A DNA stretch of 48,226 nucleotides. Source: an uncultured Alphaproteobacteria bacterium (GTDB lineage Bacteria; Pseudomonadota; Alphaproteobacteria; Micavibrionales; Micavibrionaceae). How positions within the stretch are numbered: the stretch's first letter is position 1; each line of letters opens with the position of its first letter. Location of the stretch: positions 1 to 48,226 of the forward strand of contig CALDHI010000046.1 of the NCBI GenBank assembly GCA_937941545.1, written 5' to 3'. Positions 8,255-15,110 of this stretch are shown here, in pieces. Below the pieces are notes generated by a model, which made no database searches, was not told the origin of the DNA, and saw only the letters and a list, made by a program, of their open reading frames with translations. The position numbers and the translations under genes are program-made.

Positions 8255-8288
8255 CGAAGTTTAGAGACTTAAGTCTGCTAAATTATTT

Positions 8289-10127
8289 TTAGTTGGTCGC
8301 TTTTGCTTTACGTGAAGCAGATTTACGATCTGTTTCTTTTAAGTGAACTTTTCTTAAACGTAAGTTTTCTGGCGTGACTTCAACTAATTCATCATCGTTA
8401 ATGTAAGCAATCATTTCTTCCAAGCTCATACGCTTAGCCGTAATAATTCTAACGGCTTCATCTGTACCAGAGGCACGAACGTTTGTAAGTTGCTTCCCTT
8501 TCAGGATGTTGACTTCCAAATCATTCTCACGGTTATGTTCACCAATAATCATGCCTTCATACACTTTTTCCTGATGGTCAACCATGATCGTCCCACGGTC
8601 TTGCAGGTTAAAGATGGCATAGGCCACGGCCTCACCCGTTGCGTTTGAAATCAACGCGCCGTTACGACGTCCGCCAATATCGCCTTTGTAAGGGCCATAA
8701 TGAGAGAAGATACGGTTCATCAAGCCAGTCCCACGCGTGTCTGTGAGGAACTGTGATTGATATCCAATCAAGCTACGTGATGGTGCGGCGAAGATAATAC
8801 GTGTACGACCAATACCTGATGGACGCATATCGGTCATCTCTGCTTTACGTTTCGTCATTTTTTCAACAACGGAACCAGAATACTCATCATCAACATCCAC
8901 TGTCACTTCTTCGTATGGTTCTGTTGGTTGTCCATTTTCGTCTTTTTGGTAGATAACGCGTGGACGAGAAACAGTCATTTCAAAGCCTTCACGGCGCATG
9001 GTTTCAATCAAAACACCCAATTGCAATTCACCACGACCCGCCAGCTCAAACGCATCTTTACCGTCAGACTCGCTGACTTTAATCGCAACGTTTGTTTCGG
9101 CTTCTGCCATCAGGCGATCACGGATCATTGTAGATGTGAGTTTTTTACCTTCTTGTCCCGCATACGGTGAATCATTCACTGTAATGGTGACCGCCATTGT
9201 GGCAGGATCAATAGGGTCAGATTCTAGAGGCTCTGTCACGCTGACGTCACAAATCGTATCAGCCACGGACGCCTTCGCCATACCAGCGATGCAAACAATA
9301 TCACCCGCAACGGCTTCTTGAACAGGCACACGATCAACGCCGTTAAAGGAGAATAATTTTGTAAGACGGAACGTCTCAACTGTTTTACCATCCAATGACA
9401 TCGCCTTCACTGGCATGTTCACTTTCGCAACACCAGAGTAAATCTTACCTGTCAATGTACGACCTAAATAAGAGTCAGCGCCCAGCAAAGTAGACAACAT
9501 TGTGAAAGGCGTTGTTGTATCAACATCTGGCGCAGGAACATGTGTTAGGACAAGCTCCAATAATGGGTGAAGGTTTTCACGTTTACCATCCAGCTCAAGA
9601 TCACACCAACCGTCACGACCAGAAGCGTATAGCACGGGGAAGTCCAATTGTTCATCCGTTGCATCCAATGAGGCGAACAGGTCGAACACTTCATTTAGCA
9701 CTTCATCAGGACGCGCATCGCCGCGATCCACTTTGTTAATCATCACGATTGGGCGCATACCCAATTTCAACGCTTTACCAAGAACGAACTTCGTTTGGGG
9801 TAGTGGGCCTTCGGCCGCATCATTCAGCAAGATAACACCGTCACACATGCTCAATACGCGCTCAACCTCACCACCAAAGTCGGCATGGCCTGGTGTATCA
9901 ATAATATTAATACGTGTATCGTCCCAATTAATGGACGTACATTTAGCGAGAATGGTAATACCACGTTCTTTCTCAAGATCGTTAGAGTCCATCACACGTT
10001 CTTCAACTTTTTCATTCTCACGGAAAGAGCCACTTTGTGACAAAATAGAGTCAATCAGGGTCGTTTTACCGTGGTCAACGTGGGCAATAATCGCAATATT
10101 GCGGATTTTCTTGGGATCTTGAATCAT
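8289..10127 (-). CDS. typA: Translational GTPase TypA/BipA
   Basis: IRNIAIIAHVDHGKTTL, DTPGHADFGGEVER, NKVDR and full-length TypA-like domains, 612 aa. Confidence 0.95.
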   Translation of the reverse strand: MIQDPKKIRNIAIIAHVDHGKTTLIDSILSQSGSFRENEKVEERVMDSNDLEKERGITILAKCTSINWDDTRINIIDTPGHADFGGEVERVLSMCDGVILLNDAAEGPLPQTKFVLGKALKLGMRPIVMINKVDRGDARPDEVLNEVFDLFASLDATDEQLDFPVLYASGRDGWCDLELDGKRENLHPLLELVLTHVPAPDVDTTTPFTMLSTLLGADSYLGRTLTGKIYSGVAKVNMPVKAMSLDGKTVETFRLTKLFSFNGVDRVPVQEAVAGDIVCIAGMAKASVADTICDVSVTEPLESDPIDPATMAVTITVNDSPYAGQEGKKLTSTMIRDRLMAEAETNVAIKVSESDGKDAFELAGRGELQLGVLIETMRREGFEMTVSRPRVIYQKDENGQPTEPYEEVTVDVDDEYSGSVVEKMTKRKAEMTDMRPSGIGRTRIIFAAPSRSLIGYQSQFLTDTRGTGLMNRIFSHYGPYKGDIGGRRNGALISNATGEAVAYAIFNLQDRGTIMVDHQEKVYEGMIIGEHNRENDLEVNILKGKQLTNVRASGTDEAVRIITAKRMSLEEMIAYINDDELVEVTPENLRLRKVHLKETDRKSASRKAKATN

Positions 10128-10150
10128 ATTAATAACTTTCTTATTTCATA

Positions 10151-10186
10151 AGAGCCTCAGGCGTGCAGGCACACTATGGCTATTCT
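10151..10186 (+). repeat. HP-2 hairpin repeat, copy a (AGAGCCTCAGGCGTGCAGGCACACTATGGCTATTC)
   Basis: Shares AGAGCCTCAGGCG and the TCAG-stem-loop-TAY-GGCT layout with the copies at 11964, 12133, 12181, 14206 and 28630. Confidence 0.65.
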
Positions 10187-10405
10187 TTTTTAGGTTTAAC
10201 CCTGTGTCTTTTGAAGGTTCTACAAGGTTTTAAAGAGAAAAGCCACCGAAAAATGCAGAGAGAGTTATTTTCTATAATTCGTCTGTGACCCGCTAAACTT
10301 AACGGTTTCCTAACCTTATGCGACTACTATGGTAGTCAGGGAAATGTGTTTCACAGATCATATTGGGGGGCACATACACAACGGAAGTCAATTTAGGGGT
10401 AAATT

Positions 10406-11944
10406 ATGGTTTCCAATATCAATATTCTGACGTCCAGTCAGAACACTCAGCTGTTTTCTATTCAACAAACATCGCGCGCGCTGGATGTGGCACAGGCACG
10501 CGTTGCATCGGGCAATCGGGTCAATAGCGCGCTGGATAATCCACAAAGCTTCTTCACGTCCTTTTCTTTAAAATCAGATGCGGCGCAACTCAATAGAGTG
10601 CTGGATAATATTGGGCAAGCGGTTCAAACGATTAATTCCGCTGAGAATTCGGCTAATACACTCAGCAATCTAATTGATACAGCGCGCAATGCGGCGCAAA
10701 ATTCACGTGATAATCTACAAAATGATGCACAGGATTTAGGCGCAAAAATTTTGAGCGATGCGCCTGTGATTTATTACCGCCTAGATGAAACATCAGGGAC
10801 AACCGCGACTAATCTAGGGTCCGGTGGAACAGCGTTGGATGGGACGTTTAGTGGCGGGGTGTCTCTCGATCAAGGATCACTTACATTTAGCCTAGGGAAC
10901 AACTCTGTCTCGTTTGACGGTGCAAATGATTTTGTGGGTATTCCAAACAGTCCGCTGGTCAATACCTCTGTGATTAACGAGCGCACAGTTGAGCTGACCT
11001 TTAAAGCTGATAATTTAGAAGGCCGTCAAGTTTTGTTTGAAGAAGGGGGCGGCACCAACGCTATCTCGCTTTATTTAGACGACGAAAGTCTTTATTTTGT
11101 TGCGCGGGATGCGGGTGATTTTGGCCCCTTTAATATAAGTGTCGAAGTTGAAGCAGGTAAAACATACCAAGCGTCATTTGTTTTGAGTAATAGCGATAGC
11201 AGCTTTAAGGGATATTTGAATGGCGAAGAAGTAGGAGCAGGCTTTATTAATCAAGGAATTTCTGGTCATAGTGGCGCGGTTTCTTTGGGGCGTAATTCAG
11301 GTGGAACATTTTTTCATGATGGCGCGAATAGCGGCAACGGCGAATATTTCCAAGGGCAAATTTCAGATTTTGCGCTTTATAATACGGCATTAACTCAAGA
11401 TGATTTGCGGGAGCGGTTTGATATCACGCAATTGGGAACGGCGGAAGGATATAAGCAAGACGTTCAAGATATTTTGGCGCAAGTGGATAGCTTGATTGAA
11501 GATTCGGGGTATCGCGGTACAAATTTACTAAACGGTGATAATTTCAAAATTGAATTGAATGCGAGCGGTACATCCAATTTATTGAGCCAAGGCGTTGATT
11601 TAACCTCTTCTGGTTTAGGGTTTACCAATTTTGATTTCACAGATTTTGATGGTATTGATAGCGCGATATCGGAGATTGATGATGCGAATGACACGATTGA
11701 GCGTTTTTCATCGGGGTTATCCAATGATTTGGGCCTTATTCAAAATAAACAAGATTTTCTGGCAAAGACGGCCAATACGTATGAGGCAGGCGCGGATGAT
11801 CTTACGCGCGCCGATTTAGATGAAGAGGGTGCGAATATTCTCGCTCTTCAAGCGCAACAAGCGATTCAAATTGAGACATTATCATTAAGCGCAAAGGGAT
11901 CGAACATTGCCGATTTCCTATCGCGTAATCCTTTAGAGAGTTAA
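10406..11944 (+). CDS. Flagellin-family protein with a central LamG (concanavalin A-like) domain
   Basis: The N-terminus, ASGNRVNSALDNPQSFFTSFSLKSDAAQLNRVLDNIGQAVQTINSAEN, and the C-terminus, GYRGTNLLNGDNFKIELNASG and QNKQDFLAKT...ADLDEEGANILALQAQQAIQIETLSLS, resemble flagellin D0/D1 helices of the alphaproteobacterial DUF1522-type flagellins. The middle is LamG_3-like. The ribosome-binding site AGGGG is present. Confidence 0.8.
   Translation: MVSNINILTSSQNTQLFSIQQTSRALDVAQARVASGNRVNSALDNPQSFFTSFSLKSDAAQLNRVLDNIGQAVQTINSAENSANTLSNLIDTARNAAQNSRDNLQNDAQDLGAKILSDAPVIYYRLDETSGTTATNLGSGGTALDGTFSGGVSLDQGSLTFSLGNNSVSFDGANDFVGIPNSPLVNTSVINERTVELTFKADNLEGRQVLFEEGGGTNAISLYLDDESLYFVARDAGDFGPFNISVEVEAGKTYQASFVLSNSDSSFKGYLNGEEVGAGFINQGISGHSGAVSLGRNSGGTFFHDGANSGNGEYFQGQISDFALYNTALTQDDLRERFDITQLGTAEGYKQDVQDILAQVDSLIEDSGYRGTNLLNGDNFKIELNASGTSNLLSQGVDLTSSGLGFTNFDFTDFDGIDSAISEIDDANDTIERFSSGLSNDLGLIQNKQDFLAKTANTYEAGADDLTRADLDEEGANILALQAQQAIQIETLSLSAKGSNIADFLSRNPLES
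10751..11419 (+). other. LamG_3-like domain inserted in the flagellin variable region
   Basis: VIYYRLDETSGTTATNLGSGG...SVSFDGANDFVGIPNSP...RTVELTFKAD...GKTYQASFVLS...FKGYLNGEEVG...GEYFQGQISDFALYNTALTQDDL follows the canonical Laminin_G_3 pattern. Confidence 0.75.
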
Positions 11945-11963
11945 CAAGTCAAGGCTTGTTAAA

Positions 11964-11998
11964 AGAGCCTCAGGCGCGTAAACGCGCTACGGCTTTCC
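11964..11998 (+). repeat. HP-2 hairpin repeat, copy b (AGAGCCTCAGGCGCGTAAACGCGCTACGGCTTTCC), possibly the flagellin gene terminator
   Basis: AGCC-TCAG-GCGCG-TAAA-CGCGC-TAC-GGCT is followed by the T-rich TTCCTTTG, 20 nt after the stop. The small hairpin TTAACAAG-N6-CTTGTTAA (11941-11962) precedes it. Confidence 0.6.
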
Positions 11999-12018
11999 TT
12001 TGTAATGAAAAAAACATT

Positions 12019-12105
12019 CGTCATTGCGAGAACTACAAGGACGAAGCAATCCATCTTTATCTGTAGGTGGATTGCCGCAGTCGCTAACGCTCCTTCGCAA
12101 TGACG
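12019..12105. repeat. PAL-1 palindromic repeat, copy B
   Basis: CGTCATTGCGAG...GACGAAGCAATCCA // TGGATTGCCGCAGTCGCTAACGCTCCTTCGCAATGACG. Confidence 0.85.
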
Positions 12106-12132
12106 ATGAATATAATTCCTTACATAGAGACA

Positions 12133-12162
12133 CGTAGCGCGTTTACGCGCCTGAGTGCACTT
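12133..12162 (-). repeat. HP-2 hairpin repeat, copy c (inverted relative to copy b)
   Basis: CGTAGCGCGTTTACGCGCCTGAGTGCACTT is the reverse complement of the copy b core. Confidence 0.7.
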
Positions 12163-12170
12163 AAAGAAAG

Positions 12171-12213
12171 TTAAAAAAAAGCGTAGCGGGCTTGCCCGCC
12201 TGAGCGCACTTAA
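12171..12213 (-). terminator. HP-2 copy d serving as the rho-independent terminator of the DUF1674 gene
   Basis: On the minus strand it reads GCGC-TCAG-GCGGG-CAAG-CCCGC-TA-CGC followed by T8. It begins 3 nt after the TAG stop. Confidence 0.65.
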
Positions 12214-12216
12214 AAC

Positions 12217-12411
12217 CTAAAAATCCGTGCATCTTCCGCCTTTTTCCCAATCGCCATAGCGCGTGGGATCGGGGCCTTCTTGACCGGCATATTCTTCATT
12301 TTTCTCATTTAGTTTATTGGCTTCGTCTTTATGTTGCTCAATATCTTTCTCACGATGAAGAGGAGGAATAATTTTTGGGTCTGATTTAGAGCTTGGCTTT
12401 TGTGTCGTCAT
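12217..12411 (-). CDS. DUF1674 protein (SDHAF4-like succinate dehydrogenase assembly factor)
   Basis: The C-terminal PTRYGDWEKGGRCTDF matches the conserved DUF1674 tail. The ribosome-binding site AAGGA is present. Confidence 0.7.
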   Translation of the reverse strand: MTTQKPSSKSDPKIIPPLHREKDIEQHKDEANKLNEKNEEYAGQEGPDPTRYGDWEKGGRCTDF

Positions 12412-12428
12412 GTTTAATATCCTTATTT

Positions 12429-12713
12429 ATGACTGAGATACTAAAACCTTTAAGAGAAAAAATCGACTCAATTGATTCACAGCTTGTGACTTTATTGGTT
12501 GAGCGTGAGAAAATTGTTCATCAAGTGGCGGACATTAAAGAACAGCATGATATTGCCGTGGTACTGCCTGAGCGGATTGAAGAAGTCATTAATAAAGCCG
12601 CTGCGGCAGGGGTCGCGCAAGGCGGGACGGAGCGTTATTTACGTCAAATATATAAACGCATAATCGAGCTGTCTTGTGACCTTGAGACAGATTTAATGAA
12701 ATACAAAGATTAA
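12429..12713 (+). CDS. Chorismate mutase (AroQ class)
   Basis: LKPLREKIDSIDSQLVTLLVEREKIVHQVADIKEQH...LPERIEEVI follows the typical AroQ helix 1-2 pattern. The ATG at 12429 is preferred over the TTG at 12393. Confidence 0.75.
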   Translation: MTEILKPLREKIDSIDSQLVTLLVEREKIVHQVADIKEQHDIAVVLPERIEEVINKAAAAGVAQGGTERYLRQIYKRIIELSCDLETDLMKYKD

Positions 12714-12717
12714 TCTT

Positions 12718-14043
12718 ATGACGGATGATAATACGCAAGAAAAAGATACTGATAAAGGCCTGCACACGCGCTTTGTGGCGTATATGATGTTGGTTGAGGT
12801 GCTGGGCAAGAAGGCGCCGTTGGATCAAACATTGTCGCGTCATAAGGAGTTTAACGAGCTGGAGGGACGCGAACGTGGCTTGGCCCGTATGATTGTCGCC
12901 ACCGTGCTGCGTCATAAAGGCACGATGGATAAATTGATAGCCAAAGCACAAGATAAACCGCAAGAGCTTCGCCCGAGTTCTATTTACTACGTGCTTTATA
13001 CAGGCTTGGCGCAACTGATGTATATGGATGTCCCTGACCATGCGGCGGTGGATGTTACTGTGCGTTTGGCGGAAAAGCTTCAGATGGTGCGTCAAAAAGG
13101 TTTGATTAATGCCCTTCTTCGTCGCACGGGGCGTGAGGGTAAAGAATGGATGGCGGGCTTAGACCCTGTTTATACCAACACCCCGCAATGGCTTTTGGAG
13201 CAATGGATAAAAGATTATGGATTGACCGAGGCCGCTAATATTGCGACGGCATCGCTGGTTGAGGCCTCTACTGATATTACAGTCAAAAGTGATGTGGACG
13301 AGTGGGCGGAGAAGTTGGATGCCAAAATGCTGGCGACAGGCTCAATTCGCCGTAGTGAAGGCGGGAATATTACCTTATTAGAAGGATTTGAGGAGGGCGC
13401 GTGGTGGATTCAAGATGCGTCTGCGGCGTTACCCGCAAAGTTATTAGGGGATTTAAGCGGTAAAACGGTCATTGATTTATGCGCCGCGCCCGGCGGGAAA
13501 ACTGCGCAATTGGCCAATGTGGGGGCAAATGTGATTGCGCTGGATCGCTCCGCCAAGCGTATGGAGCGCTTGTTTGAGAATATGGAGCGTTTGGGTTTTG
13601 AAGACACGGTCGAGGTTGTAATCGGCGATGGTGCGATGTGGCAACCCAGCGAACCTGTCGATGCTGTGCTTCTTGATGCGCCGTGCAGTGCGACAGGCAC
13701 AATCCGCCGTCACCCCGATGTGATGCATTTAAAAACGGGACACGATATTACGCGCTTGGGCGCTTTACAGGCGCGTCTATTGGAAAACACCGCGAAGATG
13801 GTAAAATCTGGTGGAATTATTATCTATTGCACCTGCTCTTTACAAAAAGCGGAGGGCGAAATACAAATTGAGGAGTTCCTCAAAACCCATAGTGAGTTTG
13901 CGCGTAAGCCGATTGAAGCGGATGAGGTGGGAGATATGAGCGAGATTATTACCGCCGATGGCGATGTACGGGTCTTGCCGTATCATATGCAAGATAAAGG
14001 CGGCATGGACGGATTTTATATCGCGCGATTGGCAAAGGCGTAG
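12718..14043 (+). CDS. rsmB: 16S rRNA (cytosine967-C5)-methyltransferase RsmB/Sun family
   Basis: NusB-like N-terminal region, SAM site DLCAAPGGKT, DAPCSATGTIRRHPD and IIYCTCS catalytic cysteine motifs. Confidence 0.9.
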   Translation: MTDDNTQEKDTDKGLHTRFVAYMMLVEVLGKKAPLDQTLSRHKEFNELEGRERGLARMIVATVLRHKGTMDKLIAKAQDKPQELRPSSIYYVLYTGLAQLMYMDVPDHAAVDVTVRLAEKLQMVRQKGLINALLRRTGREGKEWMAGLDPVYTNTPQWLLEQWIKDYGLTEAANIATASLVEASTDITVKSDVDEWAEKLDAKMLATGSIRRSEGGNITLLEGFEEGAWWIQDASAALPAKLLGDLSGKTVIDLCAAPGGKTAQLANVGANVIALDRSAKRMERLFENMERLGFEDTVEVVIGDGAMWQPSEPVDAVLLDAPCSATGTIRRHPDVMHLKTGHDITRLGALQARLLENTAKMVKSGGIIIYCTCSLQKAEGEIQIEEFLKTHSEFARKPIEADEVGDMSEIITADGDVRVLPYHMQDKGGMDGFYIARLAKA

Positions 14044-14089
14044 AGAATACGTCTCTCTTAGTTCAGTTATTTTTTCTTTAAAAAAAGCA

Positions 14090-14184
14090 CGTCATTGTGA
14101 GTTCAAATTTATTTGGGCGAAGCAATCCAGAAATCTATCTGTTTGAAGCTGGATTGCCGCGTCGCTACGCTCCTCGCAATGACG
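14090..14184. repeat. PAL-1 palindromic repeat, copy C (most complete)
   Basis: CGTCATTGTGAG...GGGCGAAGCAATCCAG // CTGGATTGCCGCGTCGCTACGCTCCTCGCAATGACG. Confidence 0.85.
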
Positions 14185-14205
14185 AGGGGCTGGTTTAATT
14201 AAAAC

Positions 14206-14231
14206 CGCGTAGCGCGTTTACGCGCCTGAGC
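14206..14231 (-). repeat. HP-2 hairpin repeat, copy e
   Basis: CGCGTAGCGCGTTTACGCGCCTGAGC lies 22 nt right of PAL-1 copy C. Confidence 0.7.
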
Positions 14232-14438
14232 AAAATAAAGTGCAAAATAGTTACGACAAAAATTTGCCCTGTGGATAAAAGTCGCGTACCATAGAGGTAT
14301 AAGAGATTCGCCTACTATTATTTTAAGTCAATTTAGAGCCTCTTTTTCCTCGGGTTTACTCCCATACAAATACAAATTTATTTACAAAACGCAACGGTTC
14401 GTTAAATCTGTCCTGCGCGTATCGAAATGAGGACAATT

Positions 14439-15104
14439 ATGTCACGAGATATCAAAATAGCACCCTCCATTCTATCGGCTGATTTTGGGCATTTGGCGGA
14501 TGAAATTACCGCGATTGATAAAGCGGGCGCAGATTATATTCATATTGATGTGATGGATGGGCATTTTGTGCCCAACATTTCTTTTGGCGCACCTGTCTAT
14601 AAATGCGTGCGTAGCGCAACGAAGAAGTTCTTTGATGTTCATTTGATGATTGCGCCCACAGACGCCTATTTAAAAGATTTTGTGGACGCGGGCGCGGACG
14701 GTATCACTGTCCATGCGGAGGCGGGGCCGCATCTGCATCGCTCGCTTCAAACGATTAAATCACTGGGCGTGAAAACAGGGGTGGCGATTAACCTTTCAAC
14801 GCCTAATGACGTGCTAACCAGCGTAATGGACATGGTCGATATGGTGCTTGTCATGACGATTAACCCAGGGTTTGGCGGACAAAAATTTGTGCCATCATCT
14901 TTGGATAAAATTCGTGATGTGCGCCGTCGTATCACCGAGAGCGGGTATGATATTGATATTCAAGTTGATGGCGGTATTACTGCCGAAACGGCGCCTCAAG
15001 TGATTGAGGCAGGGGCGAATGTTCTGGTGGCTGGCACGGCGGTATTTAAAGATGGCCCCAGCGGGTATGCCAAAAATATTGAAGCCATAAGAGGAAATAA
15101 CTAA
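14439..15104 (+). CDS. rpe: Ribulose-phosphate 3-epimerase
   Basis: [16 protein letters not shown]...[12 protein letters not shown]...HLM...[13 protein letters not shown]...VDGGI are canonical Rpe motifs. Confidence 0.93.
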   Translation: MSRDIKIAPSILSADFGHLADEITAIDKAGADYIHIDVMDGHFVPNISFGAPVYKCVRSATKKFFDVHLMIAPTDAYLKDFVDAGADGITVHAEAGPHLHRSLQTIKSLGVKTGVAINLSTPNDVLTSVMDMVDMVLVMTINPGFGGQKFVPSSLDKIRDVRRRITESGYDIDIQVDGGITAETAPQVIEAGANVLVAGTAVFKDGPSGYAKNIEAIRGNN

Positions 15105-15110
15105 GCCCTC

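Noticed and set aside
8928-10122. Several plus-strand ORFs of 75-129 aa antisense to typA. The same pattern occurs antisense to rsmB (12589-13095, 13410-13728), radA (18144-18866), purF/SDR (21307-21726), adk (25579-25962), secY (26923-27539), rarA (31322-32063), the pentapeptide gene (43105-44300) and pgi (45216-45632).
   Set aside because: All are embedded antisense in strongly supported conserved genes. Such open antisense frames are expected from codon bias, and none shows a motif or start context.
10165-10180. Sigma54-like GGCAC-N-GGCT string upstream of the flagellin-like gene
   Set aside because: The GG-to-GC spacing is one nucleotide short of the -24/-12 consensus. The -12 TTGC is absent, and the string is simply part of HP-2 copy a. 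I also found no convincing sigma28 (TAAA-N15-GCCGATAA) promoter in 10187-10405.
12555-12575. CTGCCTGAGCGG in the chorismate mutase gene and CGCCTGAGCAAA in rluC (about 34493-34504) as further in-frame HP-2 insertions
   Set aside because: Only the short CCTGAGC core matches. There is no partner stem, no flanking TAC-GGCT/AGCC modules and no apparent extra residues in the proteins, so these are likely chance matches.
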